A program made the position numbers and the translations under genes. Below are positions 40,101-55,100 of a DNA stretch of 64,000 bases, in pieces. Source of the DNA: Harriotta raleighana (Eukaryota); contig JBNZDD010013718.1 of assembly GCA_050575255.1 (NCBI GenBank), forward strand, positions 6,565,058 through 6,629,057. Direction: 5' to 3'. The notes beneath the pieces were generated by a model, which was not told where the DNA came from, did no database searches, and saw only the letters and a list, made by a program, of their open reading frames with translations. Numbering within the stretch: the first letter of the stretch is position 1; every line of letters starts with the position of its first letter.

Positions 40101-43100
40101 ACACAGCCATAGAGCAAACTAATCATACCTTTGAAGCCTGAGGCAAAGTCCTATTATACATCTTATATCAATAAACAACAACAATAACAACAAAATTAAA
40201 TTTGTAGAGCACCTTTCAGATTGGGAGGATGTCCCAAGGCTCTGAACAGTAAACAATGCAAATGATTGAATAGTAAATAACAGAACAACTCAACAATAAA
40301 TAACAGTAACAATAAATTCAGCTAGTTATATGCAAAGAAAAATAATGTTCTGCTTACTTGAAGATGAGATCATCCACATCTGTTAAAGTAGCTCCAATGC
40401 TTTTGAGCAAAATATTAATGGACTGGAGTGGTGCTGCTTCCTGCTTTTCTTTGCTGGAATCTTCTCCTCCCGAGTCCAATGACATGCTCAAATGTAGCTT
40501 TTAAGAAGAAAAAAATGCTAAATCAATGATGACTGAAGTAACTTGCCAGGTGTATAGACTCTACATGAGAACAGAAAAATGGTATACAGTACTCTCATAT
40601 GATTCTGAGTGTTTATAGAAAATTTAAGATTTAAAAAAACACCACCGCAATGTATTTTATTTCTTTTACTTCCTAAAGCAACGAGATCATAGAAACACTG
40701 CTTGCTGAACTCCCAGGAGGGAGTAAAACTGCATTTTATTGGCATACACAATGAATACTCATGAGATAAAATTAATATGAATGACTGAAATGACTAATAA
40801 TGGTTATTTTGTGAATCTATGTTAATTTCTTAAGAAACATCAAAAAGTAACATTTCTTGCACATAAAATATTAATAATACTAAATAATTCATCAGAGACA
40901 AAAACAAGATCAACACTGCTTTCAGTTTAAGAATGAAAATCTCACAAATAACAGAATAGAAAATATATCAGCAGGAATGGAGGAGTCAAGCAAAGATTTA
41001 ATTGTAGTTTCTATGAAGTAAACATTTAATATGCTTATGCATTAATAGCTAGTCATTTTAGTCCATCATTCCTGTCCATAACACTTATTCAAACTATATT
41101 TTACCTTCAGTGGAGAAATATGCAAGTATTCAAAGAAGCTTAGACTTGATACATCTGTCATTGAGGTTTCCATCAGCTCTGCCTTTAATGCTTCTACATC
41201 CTGGTGTATCAGATTTGTCTGGAAAAGATAAAAGTATTTAAATCTCACAGGATCATATTTGGACCATCTCTGTTGAGATGAGAAAATAGATAAATATGAT
41301 ATTTCTGAAAATTGTATAGGACTATGATGACAAGTCTCCATGATTTGTTAAAGTGTTACACATGTATACAGTATTTTGAGGGATTGTATGCCACAACTCC
41401 CTCTCTCACACACACACACACATATTCACCCACCCACTCTCATCCCAACATATACAACACTGAAGATAAAAATATATACACAGATTCAGAACTGAAGATA
41501 CCTTTTTAGTTGCTGCTAGAGGATCTGGTGCTGCTGTGAACAGTGCAATGATAGCACTGAGAAACCCCTGGTCAACTTTCACTGCCATTTCCTGGATGAG
41601 AACCATGAAGTATCTAGAAATAAACAATAAAGCAAAGAGTATGGCAAAAGTTTGTTTATTTCCCCCCTTTATTTTATTGCACTTCAGTTGTATCATATGT
41701 GACTTCATCAATAATCGACACTATAGATGCACACTTCAATCAAATTGTAAATGTTCGGAGATAATTTGCATGGGATTTAGGGTCTAAGAAACAGTAGCGA
41801 GTTAGCAATTTTTCAGACTTATACTATACGACGAGTGCAAAGAAATCAAAGTGTGTTTTGGAAGGAAACTGAATGGGACTCAGTTGCATGTTTGACTTTG
41901 GTAATTATATGATTGTAAAGATAAGATTTATGCGAGTGTTACTGTAGCACCTTTCACACAGGAGAGCATCTCTGTGCTTTGTCTGTGCATTGTATGCATT
42001 CATTTATTTCTAAGAATGGTTATATTAGCCTCATGATCATGTTAACTGCTCATTCGTGATGAACATTCCTTTACTCACTTGAACTGTATGACTTGACTGT
42101 GCTCATTAAATCTTGTGATGATGCTTATATCAACAAATGGCTTTGGTTCTGCAAGAACAAGCATAAAACTATGATAAGAAATTCTATTGCTTATTTACAC
42201 CAGCATCTTACATTTATAGAGCACCCTTCACATCCCGGTGCTTATCCACATCATAATAATGAAATAAACCAGTTAAGATGTACCTGAATCCAATGCAATG
42301 GACTTGGGAGGGGCAACAGGGTGAAACGCAATTGGAAATATTGCACCAGATAGCTGGTTGTCAACCTGTAAAACAGAATGATAAAATGCAGATGTGTATG
42401 AAATAGATAAATCATCCTCTTTTGGATACATCATTCAGTCTATGAAATTAGCACCAGTAATTTCCCGAATCACCGCATTTAAGAAAAAACAAAACTCTTT
42501 AATAAACAATCAAACAGTAAGAAATTACCTGCAACCAGTTTAACTGAGCCCGTACACTTCTGTGATGAGGTGATTGTTTATATTCAACATGGATGCCTGA
42601 CAAGAAGTTTCGTCTGATGCTGTGTTGGGCAGGCAAGCGCATTTTCATTGTGTTGAAATTAACCTAGAAAATTAAATGATGCAGTTAACATCATTAAACT
42701 TGGCTAAATCACAAGATTAGACAGGTTAATTTGTACCTGGAAAGAGAAACTTGGCTAGCTGGAGAATTAACAACCCGTTCTTGAAAAGTTCCAAAACGCC
42801 ACAACTAGAATTGTAATGAAATGTTCATTGCAGGAAAGAGGTTTTTGAATGAAGACATTTGTGGTTGATACAATACCTCAAAATTAGACTCCACCGTAAT
42901 CCAGGTATCAGGGAATTTTCCATTCAAGTGCTTTTGATAGGAGGATTCCAAAAGGTTGATGTGTTTTTGATTAAATGGTTTCCAACGTTGCTTCGGTTTC
43001 ATTTCCCACACAACACCAGAACTAGAGTCAGAATGAAATGCTCATTGCAAATAGCTAAATATTTTGATGTATATTTAGATTCAAATCAATCAAATCTTCC

Positions 43101-46100
43101 AAAAGCCACTTAGTCGGATCAACATCCACTGATTTTGGTTTAAACAACATTTGTACAGAGCCTTTAACGTTAGGAGGACCATCTAAACATGATTATTCTT
43201 ATTCTTTAAAAAGATTCATAATTCTTGGTCACCACAAGCACTGTTCCAAACACCTTTCTGATAACAACTACTCAGTTAATAATATGCACAGCACATACTG
43301 TTCATTATTTAACAGAAAAGATGTAAAGTGAAGGCCCTGGGGTATTTTTTTTTACTCTAGTGCCTGGTAGAGACAATAAAGAGCAATATTTATCGTCTCT
43401 ACCAGGCTTTAGAGTAAAAAATAGCAATATTCTTAATGATTCAATTATGGAAACATTTGTTTGACAGAGAGGAGAAACATAAGAGAAAAACAGAAATAGA
43501 AGACGCAACAGAAAGCATAGCTGACAGACCACATTTAGATTGAAAATTAAGATGCAATTCTGCTTCGTTTGGTAAACTTCGTCATTTTGTCAGTCTGTAC
43601 TTATGGACGTCTGAAATGACATTGCAATTAGATCTTTTTTATAAATTAATATTGGTACACAATTAGAAACACTAGAATACCCCTTGAAGAGTGAAGGTGT
43701 AAACATGTCTAATTTGAGACTTTGAAACAGACTTCTTGGATAATATGGATGCAAAATTTAACTACATGCATATCAATCCAAGTAGGAAGCATGCATTAAA
43801 TTGAGAGTGTACATATAACTATGTTTTGATATGGAATCTCATATGTTTTCCAAAAATGATTATTTGTACAGGCAAGCTTCTCTCATTACACAGTTTGACA
43901 CATGCACAGACATAGAAGACAACACAATGGACAAAGGCAGGAAGGCCACAATGAACCAATACAATTTGCTTACTGAAAGAGAGTGAATATCCCCATGACC
44001 ATTTCCCTCTGAAAATATTACTGCACGGAATGCAGATTACAGTGCCCTTGTTTAACCACTAGCATAGGAGACCGATATATACCAATGCCACGTTTAACTT
44101 TGCCACCCCTTCCATATGTGTTGTGGGCTGATTCCTACATGCAAGTACCGTTGCTAACCTGCTTGTGGGCCATCTCTCCAGTAAGTTAGCCAAGTTCATC
44201 GAGCTGAAACTTAATAAGTAGTTACTATACTTCAAAGGTTTTGCCTATGTACACATGTGACAGTATAATTCTTTTCAACAAATTAAACCATGTTATCAAA
44301 ACATCTCCAATAGCTAATAAATAATAATCCTTGCATTCGATATGATGCTTTTCACTTCTTCTAGACATCATACAAGATAATATTGAAAAAAAATTAGATA
44401 TGCATGTAAGATTGGAGAGCTCTCCTCCCTTTTGCTTATGTGTGCATAATTCAAAGTTTGAAAATAATTGACTAAATTAACCCTTTCTTTCATCATACTC
44501 TTCAAGAGTCCCAAGTTCAAAAAGTGTTGCTTTCAAAGGATGACTGGGGTGGGTTAGAGATTCTCTCAAAGGAAGAAAATTAATTACATTTCAAAAAAGA
44601 AAGAAGCTTGAGCAGAAACACTTGGTAGACACGTCATGTTCTGGTTATTATGCTAACATTGGCCATTCATATATGATGGATAATGGGAGCTTATATTTCT
44701 TATTTCTAACGTATCAGTTCCTCAATATAAAAAGTCCTAACTACTCAATCAGTGAGTAGCATTGCACTCTTGGGGGCATTTGTAAATTGTGGTAAAACAA
44801 TTTTACTATGAGTAGAAAGGAAGATTGAGGTAAATGGGCTGGTATCGACTGTGTTTCTGATGATTACCGTACGCAGCAGTTTCTCTTTACATTGGCTTCT
44901 ATGCACAGTGCCAAAAATGAACCAAATTGTGCATTCATTCCCCTTACACTACTGTTAGAAATACCTNAGAATTTTTTTTAAAGAATCAACAACAATTTAA
45001 GTTGAATGTTGGATATATGAAAGGTAAAGACATTAGACAAGTACCTAGTAATTCCAATGTAAGCAATTTCCTGNCGAATTTTTTTTAAAGAATCAATTTA
45101 AGTTGAATGTTGGATATATGAAAGGTAAAGACATTAGACAAGTACCTAGTAATTCCAATGTAAGCAATTTCCTGTTTGCTCTCATTGTTAACAAGTGACA
45201 GTCCTAGGCTGTGAAGTGAAACAGTGATCTCTTTCTCAAACTGTTTCAAGTCCTCAGCCTGTCGTGCTTTTGAAACAACAGCAACATCTTCAGTGAATAA
45301 TAACACCCGTTGTCGTCCATCAAGGAAGGACACCCAGTGAATCTGATTATTCTGGTCACCAATGAACTGGCCAAACTGATCCTGCAAAAAAAAATAATAA
45401 TAATCCTTGCATTTGAAATAGCGCTTTTCACATCTTCTAGATATCTCAAAGTGCTTCACAGAATATACTGTAAATTGAATTGACTGTATATTTGTGGGCG
45501 AAATGCGGAAGCCAATTGCGCACAGCAGTGTCCCACAAACAGTCATGGTTGAAATGATCAATTTTATTATTATCTATTTTTTGAGGGATTATTATTAGGC
45601 GTGTGGAGTAAGGAAACTTGCCCAAGGTTTCGCCCAGACCTGCCTGGATTTGAACACAGATCTCACGTTTGTAAGGCAAGTGCTCTAACCACTGAGCTAC
45701 AGGACTCCACAAGGCAATACACAGAGAGTGCATCTGAGAAACAATCAGATTGCTTTCTTAAATTAACTGTTGCTTCAATTTTTCCCCAATCACAAGAGTG
45801 GATCAAGAAATCTTTTAACTGGCCCCAGAAATATTTTGTGCATTGTTTGCAAATATTGGTCAAAAAATAACATTTTAAACTTTCTAGCTGATAAAAAGCA
45901 TTCCTTCATTTTCTCCAGTAAAAATGAATACATCTGAATACATCCCTTTTGTATTTTTTTAAAATTGTATTGAGCAATGCAAACATTTGGATCCCTGTTT
46001 CAAATGTAGAATACATCTTTTGAAACTTTATTTCAAGAGCTATTTATTGTTTTATTTTCAGAGTTCAGGATAGTGCCTCGCATTACAAATTTATAGTTCA

Positions 46101-49100
46101 ACAGGGAACAGCTATACAGTTGTCACAAGAAAGCCCTTACTCACCTTGAGCAGGTCGAGTTCCCCCGTTTTCCATGAACAGCCCCAATTAAGTTTCCTGT
46201 TGCCAGCAGGGTTAGCCCAAGTAAACAATCGAGCCTTTCCCGGCTCAAGGATCACTTCTTCCTGAACATCACTGCAGGGCAAAAGTATAGGTTAGGATTC
46301 AAGGTTAAATTTAATGAAGTCTCCCAACATTTGTGCAACACTCTTTCCATCATTTGAAATGAAACTATACCTATACAAAAAAAAACTATTCAAGTGCAAC
46401 AGGTTCCTTCCTAAAAACCATAGTCATACAAATACAATACAAAACTACATTTGTGTCCCGCGTTTCACATCAGGAGGAGGATCATGATAAGTTGTCACCA
46501 ATCCATGTTGGATCACAATTCTCAACAGTAAGTGAATTGCATACTGAGAATAAAATGGTGTCAATCCAAATAAACCAAAATATAGATTCCATTTCACAGT
46601 CCAAGATTACACAGCTGATAATTGCAATGGTGAGGGTGCTTTATGGATATCTGATACCTTTGTTTGAACCTAAACATCACTGCAGTGGTGTGATTAATGA
46701 TGAAAGCAGGTGCAGCACCATCATAATAGTTTGTAAAACTGACCACTGTGGAGTGGTCAGCCACATTGACCTCCACGATAACACCATCACACTGAAATCA
46801 AAACATAACAAGGATATTAGATATCAGTAAACATGACATTGGTCTATTAACATTCAAAGAATATACCTGCTAAATAATTCGCTATAGATTACATTGGTTC
46901 CTTTATAAAAACTCATCGAACACAGCTCTCTTATAATTAAAAAGATGGTCATGAAAAATTTGCTCTTCATCTGAAAAATCATTTTCTTCTGGTTTTGCAG
47001 ATTCCCCCCAACCAAGAGAATAATAATAATATTATTAATAATAATCCTTGCATTTGATATAGCGGTTTTCACATCTTCTAGGCATCTCAAAGCGTTTCAC
47101 ATAATATTCACGTAAAGTGAATTCACTGTAAATATGTGGGTGAAACGCGGCAACCAATGGCACACAGCAGGGTCCCACAAACAGTCGTGGATTTGAAATG
47201 ACCATTTTATTTTATTATTTTTCGAGGGAATAACATGTAACAAGGATTTACAATTGTGGAAATTTAGCAGACAGCAAAATAGAACTCACCAAACTGTATT
47301 ATCAGTGTGAGTTATTCAAGAGATTCCAAATCAAAGTTCAACATGTACTATCATTAAGAGGCTAAAGCACATTTCAACTTACCAACTGTTCAAGCCTCAA
47401 TAATGTCCCATTGTCTCGTTTGTTAAGATGGAATGATTTAGATGATTGCTCAGAGCCAACCACTTTGACACAAAGTTTGTTTGATGTTGTTTCAGGCCAG
47501 AAAGGAAGACACTGAGATAAAAACAGTAATATGAGTGTAATCAATATAATTTTTTATTATTTCTTTGTGTTATAATAATCTTTGCATTTCAGATAACGCC
47601 TTATCACAACTTTGCGACATCTCAAAACGTTTAACATGCAACACAAAATTTATTTTTCTCCAGTTCCCATAAAATGAAATAAATAAGATACAACTCTGCC
47701 TATTACCTTAGCAAGTGTTAACCATAACTATAAAGAAGCTGCTTAGCTTTAGCCCCAATAATAAATATGCCATACTTCTAGCATTCCTAATGGTTGTACT
47801 TGTGAGTCCATTGCCTAGTCTCATATTGTGCTGTTTGTAGCGCAGTGAAGATAAGTTCAATGTGGTATCAGTAAATTGTATTTGAAAATCATTGTGAAAG
47901 ATTTCTTCATGTATAATATTTCTGTGGTTGGTTCAGGGTTCCATAAAGGATGCTTGTGGTGCTTTTGAAAAAAAATGCTGAATGTAAAAGCATATTCCAG
48001 AGATAGAAGGGAACACGGTGTCTCTAAATACCGATCTCTATAACATCGCAATCATAGATTGTACCTCTGCTGTTGAAATATACAGCCAATTCCCACATTC
48101 CATTGAACCACTGGGCAAAACTTCTCCGATCTCAAGTTCATATGAAGACTTGTTCACCAGGGTGTAGAAAGGAGTTAATGTAACTACTTTGGTCACATTG
48201 AAACTGCTCATCTTAATGGTTACGCCAATCTGTGATAAAATAAAATATTCTAATAAATTCACAAATTGAGCAATTCCAGGTAAATCAATTGTGCACTTAC
48301 TGGGCACAATACATCCATCACGTACGTCCATGAGTACATGATCTACACAATGTGGAGATATTGTATGCTATTAATTTTGTGCAAATGCCTTCAACTGTCA
48401 CATATGCAGCTAAACTTTTTTACCAGCATCTCAGAATTTGGCCACAAAACCTCACCTTGCATTTGAAACAATGCAAACAAAGAAGCGTGTAAGCATAAAT
48501 GAAAAATTCCACTGCCCAAAATAACAGATTTTGAATGTTAAGTCACATTATTAAGTTGAGAAAAACCCCACAGAATTCTGCCATTTCTAATTGAATGACA
48601 GCTCCTTATCACAACATTGAGATGTCTCAAATCACTTCACAGGATATACTGTAAAGTAGAGTGACTATATTTTGTGGGCAAAACACAGCAGCTAGTTTGC
48701 GCATAGCAATGTCCCACAAACGGCTGTGGAGCCAGTTACCAAATTTGTTGGCCAAGACACCAAGAGAAAATCTTTTTTTGAATAGTGCCATGGGATCTTT
48801 ATCATCGTTCTGAACAGACCCCAGTTTATCACCTCATAGTAAGGATAGATTCATGTGCACTATGTAACTCACATCCTGCATAAGCTGCACTGTCAAGAAA
48901 GATAGACTCACCAAATATTCCATATTTTTGGCAGGACACTTGACACATCCATAACTTCCGACAGTGTCCAGTGAGAAACTAGATGACCAGTTGCTGGTAG
49001 ACACACAAAGCTGGATCTGGAAGATAAATTGCAAAATCAAAGTAAGATGTTTTACAGTGCAATATTTCAGGGCATGGGCTCAAAGTGAACAATGAAAATC

Positions 49101-52100
49101 AATAATAATATTGGGAAAACAAACAGGACTATAATGGATAAACACAATCCTTTTACCTGTGGGACCCAGGTCAAAGGAAGTCAAGAATGATAGACCAAAA
49201 CCTCTCTCTCTCTCTCTCTCAAAAGACTATAAGGATCAAAAGCAAATATAAATGTAGGTAGCCTCAATTCAGCTTTTGTGAATCTGGTGTTGCAGTATAA
49301 AAAAGTGCCACCTCATTACAAAACTACTGCTAATAACAATCCTTGCATTTGATATAGCGCTTTTCTCATCTTGTCGACATCTCAAAGCGCGTTACAGGAT
49401 ATACTGTAATTGACTATATTTGTGGGCGAAATGCGGCAGCCAATTGCACACAGCAGTGTCCCACAAACAGTCGTGGATTGAAATGACCAATTTATTCTAG
49501 ATTTTTTTTGGCGGATTATTGTTAGGAGTGTGGAGTAAGGAAACTTGCCCAAGGTTTCGCAGTGACCTGGCTGGATTCAAAATACAGATCTCATGCTTGT
49601 AAGATAAGTGCTCTAACAACTGAGCTACAGACTCCACAAAACTAAGATGTATCCAAGTGACATTCACAGCTAAGGCAATACAAAGGCAATGTTATTACTA
49701 AAATATTTTTCATTTCACAGTACACAACTTTAATAAATTTCAACGCACAGTGCAAAAAAACAGATTTCAGAACTCAGATTCTCACCTCATGTTACAAAAA
49801 TAAATTTCAATCTTTCTGTCGAGATTTAAGCAGTGATTAAAATGTGGATTATATAAGGACACATATTATTGGTCTTATTTTGAGTGTGAATAAAATGACA
49901 ATACAACTACAGAAAAAAGAGGATGTGTGAATATTAACGTTTGTCGATCTAGGTATTTAGACTACAGTGACTGATGCCACCACCAATAAATTCAATGGCT
50001 AGTTATTTCCAGGATCTAACAATGTTCAAGAAAAATTATACATACCTTATTTTTGCGGAAAATATTTTTCCGTCTGAAGGAAAAAAGGACAACATCCCGG
50101 AAATCATTTGGATGTTTTACGTGTACATCTTCTGCACGATACTGCAAGACTCTCGAGGTTTTGTTAATGATCCAGTATGGGCTGTGAATAGACAGAACCA
50201 GACGCCTGCTGATTTTCCTCACATGAACCAACAAATCAATGGTCATGCGATCCTTCGACTCAGCAGTGAAACACACTGGGAAAAATTCAGGAAGTCCATC
50301 CTCAATTTTAAGATGTCCAACCCAGTTCTTGCCTTGATATTTGATGAGGCCTAATTCCATTATTTCCCCCTTAATTCTTGAATGGAAAACATCCGCTGAA
50401 CACCCTTCTGCCAGCTGTTGAAACTCTGCAGTTCCCTGAATGAAAGAAGCATAATTTGTTGGAAAGTCAGCAAATCACAACCAAGCAAGCACAGTTGACT
50501 TCAAAAGAAAAACGTCATCTGGATTGAGACACAATCACAGAAAAGAGAATTCTTGGAAAAGAGAAATCTTCAATTTTCTGAATTTAAAACTGCCTTTACT
50601 ATAATACACTGCACCACCTCAAACCTCCAAACACCAATCTTGGATATCTGGTTACTCAGTTTAGTCTTAAAGTAACTGAAAAAGTTTAGTGTAATATATA
50701 TTTTAAGTAATCTGTGAATGGGAGCAGCATAAACTCCAAAACACAACTAAAGATTTTCACTGCAGGATTCATTGGACCAGTCCGCGCACACATTAAAAAT
50801 AATCAGCAAGGATACAGTCTACTTCAGTAAAAAGAACCTTCAAAACGAGACAGTAAGGCTTACTCTCATTTCAATGTGCTTACCTCCAGCATGTAATGCA
50901 GGCTGTAAGGCAGAAGATTTCTGATTGTAACTGTGGGGTGGAGATGAATAATATAGGCTGGATCCCATTCATCTTCACCACAACTGCTGATAAAAGTCAG
51001 TTCATCTGGAATAGCAATGGTGTTCACGATGAACGGTAGGAAGCTTTTCTCAGTTGAAGGGCATTGCAGTGTGCACCGGACCTCTGGGCTCCTGTGAAGC
51101 TCCTCTTTCCATGTAATGTACGAAGTTGATTCTTTAAACTTGTTCTCCAGCACTCCTGCTGGCTTGAGGAATAATTGACCTCTTTTTAAAAAATATATAA
51201 AAAAACACAAGAATTTAGCACGTTACAAAACGCAATAATATTCCATTCAATATTGTGACATTTACACTTCACATTACATTGCAGTCTATACAATAAGAGC
51301 ATCAGAAACAAGAGAACAGAGAACTTTCAAAACCATCACAGAAGTACAACTGAACAAAGGATTCCCTGATTTCAGATTTGTATCTCAACTACAATATGAA
51401 GTGTATTGCATTTATATGTGATCTTCCAACTAAAATTCAAAGTGCAATAATTCAAATTAGCATTTGGCTACATTAGATTAGCGAGATGCCCCCAAATGTA
51501 CCACTGACTTGTACATAACTTTCATTAGTGTGTGCATGCATGCATGCAGTGTGTGTGAGCGCAATGTGAGTGTATGTGTGAGAGATGATATCCAACATTA
51601 AAGCAATTAGAACTTTCACCATAACAACCCTTTGATGCAATTGGATTACATTAGCTTCTAAACAGTTAATAGTTTGATTTCCTCCCTCTTCCAAAGTAAA
51701 AAAAGAATTAAATCAACTTCTGACCGATATGAATCTAACGGTACGTGGAACTCCTCCTCAGGATTAGCTACTCCAATAGGCTGGAAACCACCTTCTGGGA
51801 CAAGCTTGTAGATCATAAAGGAAATGGAAAAGTGGTTTTTGATCTGTGGATAAAACAAAAAATGCTACTGTTGCAATTTCTACACATTCCCTCATTTACT
51901 TCAATTTAAGATTTTTGGTTACTTGAGTCACATTTTTAAACAGAAATGCCAACTACAATTTGACTCGTGACTTTTAAAAGCAATGCCTTTTTTGTAAGAT
52001 TAAAAACTGTGATGTGCTGAATCAAGAATATGTTTATTTTAATTCTTGTTGAAACCACTCAATGTATAATAAATTGAAGAGGCTCTGCATTACCTGGAGA

Positions 52101-55100
52101 GGGGACCTGATGATGATTCTTTTATTGCCTTCAACCACATCTATCTGGGCAAGCAGTGACACAGAATAGTCACTGAAAGGGTTGCGGACATTGTACAAAC
52201 GTCGGCCAGGTTTGGTAACAGGAATATTTGCTACTTCTGTATAATCAAGTGGCACTGATGAAAAAAAATTAAACTATTTTAAAATGATTTACAAAGAAAC
52301 ATGGAGATGCACAAAAATTTCAAGAAAACACTTCTATATTTATACAGTTTATGTAAAAGCGGGAAAGCTACTGGGAATTAAATTACATTATTTGGTCTTC
52401 ATTTTATTTTGATGTATTTATCATGATATACTGTACTTAAGTTATTCAAATACAACTGACTCTTTTGTAAAAAGAACAAATTTACATTCCATCTTGAAGT
52501 GTTTTTTTTAGCAGATAGAATAGTACTGAAAATAGCTATTCAATTGATTTCAACATCTCACAAGATAACATCTCATCTGTTAAAATACATTACACCTGCC
52601 AAACAGGACTGGATTGTCTGCCTAAATAATAACTCAAGTGCAGCCCTCAACCCATTGTCTTCAAACCACACCCAGCTGATCCAGAAATGAATGATATTAA
52701 CTAAGTTGTCCCAAAAATTACTTAGCCCTTTCTTTTTATAAAAAGGGGAACTTAGTGAATCGGACAGTCACTGAAATAACATTTTCAAGCCAATTATGTA
52801 TACGTAAATACACTTGTGAAAGACAAATGGCTAAATTAGTCTACTATTAAAACTCTTTTAAATAAACCTGCCTGCTCTATGAAATAAGACTTCAGTCAAA
52901 CTTGAACGTACCTATGGTTAAGGTGAAAAGATTACTTTCTTGTCTTTGTAAGACAGAAAGCTTTCCTTTTTCTCTGGGTTGTACAGCTGAATAATCGAGT
53001 TCCACTGTTTGCCCCACATCTATCTGTTCACTTGAATCGTAAGCAAAGCAACACAGATTGGAAGAATGCTGCATGAACACTGGGATACCCAAGGCATTTT
53101 TTAACGTATATGGAGCTTTGTCCTTCAGGGAATAATCAAATGTTGAGGCAGCTCCTTCAGAAAATGCCTGCAGAAAATAAAATGGACAGGTCACCATCTA
53201 AATGTTTGCTCTCTTTCTGGAAAGTAGAACAACCACTGTAAGTAATATTGAGTAAAGAACAGAAGGTTATTGTGAGTTTGTTATCATGATGCTAGTTACT
53301 GATTTGCAGAATGTTTCCGCAGGGACGGAAGTCATATGTAACATTCTTAAAATTCAATAAATGGGATTCGTATGGACTTGAATGGAGGAGCTGTTAATGA
53401 CAGCATTGTATCTTCAATGATCATTTTTCACAAAAACATTCTAAAAGAAAGTCACTACTGTACTTTTCAAATAATAAATGGATTGCAGGTAGCAGAGTGA
53501 CGCAGCAAGACTGTGCCACACAGTGGTGGGATACAGATTTGCACCCACGTTCCATCTCTCCCATCACAGTGGCATTCAGCTTGACATCCTCGGAGAAGGC
53601 ACAATATCAAAGGCAATATCACCTATGATCCACTGTCTACATCTCCCAATGGTAATAATAAAAATCCTTGCACTTGATATAGCGCAGTATCTATCACGTC
53701 TTTGAATCATCTCAAAGCACTTCATAGAATATAATGTAAACAACAACAACATTTGTATAGCGCCTTTCAAGTCAGGAGGACATCCCAAGGCGCTGTACAG
53801 ATACTGCTTCAGACCCGAGCTGAGGACAGGGGTGGGTGAGGGGGAGGATTTGTTGATGGGTCCATCGAAGAGAAGAGTCTTGAAGCGAGGCTTAAGGAGG
53901 CCAGAGATGGGGCGAGGCGGAGGGTCTTCGGGATGAAGTTCCAGAGGTTGGGGCAGAGTGACTGAAGGCTCACCCTTCCATGGATGGTTGGGTGGGTTGG
54001 GGGACGTGGATCAGCCAGTGAATCGACTATATATTTTGTGGGTGAAATATGCCAGGCAATTGCATACAGCAAATGGTAGGTGTCAGAGTAGCATTTACGA
54101 ATTCAAAGAGTTCAAAAGGTTAAAATTACTACACATATACACACACACACATACACACACACACACATACATACATACATACATACAATGTTACTACATG
54201 AATTCGTGAACATGGTTACCTTGGCAAGAACATTCAGAACATTGAGACAGCATTTGGACACAGTGATATTCATGGTGTCCTTTGAAGAAATGGAAATGGC
54301 AGTTTGTGGGTCAGGAATTTGGAGGATGTCATCTCCCGGAATGAGGCATTGTTCCTGCACCACATTGTTCTTCATCTAAATTAGGTTAAAAAGAAAGTGT
54401 ACATCAATATCTCACATATCATAGAATGTACCTATTATCAGAAATAACAGCAACAACAACTTGCATTTATATAAGTGCCCTGCATGCTGGGTTGCCTCTC
54501 AGAGTGCTTCTCTATAGAAATATTCACTTGAAAGAATTTATAAGCAAGATTTACAAACATTGGAATATTTGTTATTCTCACTGTGCTATGAATCGTAGAA
54601 GCGCAACTGAATCATCGAACCAATGTATGGTGGGCCTTATTGTGGTATTCCAGAACAGTTCAACTACAAAATTACATTTGTATAGCAGGAGGATGTCCTA
54701 AGGCACTGTTTAATATACAGAAATCTCTAGATTTGATGCAGCATACTGGACATGAACTTCAAGATAATTGCAAGACAAAGTTATGCATATGAACCTGAAA
54801 TTTGTCTGACATGTATGGATGAACCCCTCCTAATGTCTTGTTACCTTAAGTTTCAAACGCCACCTTCTTTGTCCTCCATTAACTTGCTCCAGCAGAGGCT
54901 CCCATATTGCAGCCATTTCATTGTAGTAAAGCACCTAAAATCATATAAATTGCCACTGTGAAGTTACTCACAAAACACATTGCTATTTTTTTTTGGAACT
55001 ACCTCATGATGTGTAGATAGGATACAATGAGGACTTGCTGTAATTATCTTTTTAAAGTTAAGTGGTCTATGTCAATATGTACACAGACAAGTGATTTTAT

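Noticed and set aside
44690-44780. Possible U2 snRNA-like fragment
   Set aside because: Only a few matching bases; no Sm site or branch-pairing region
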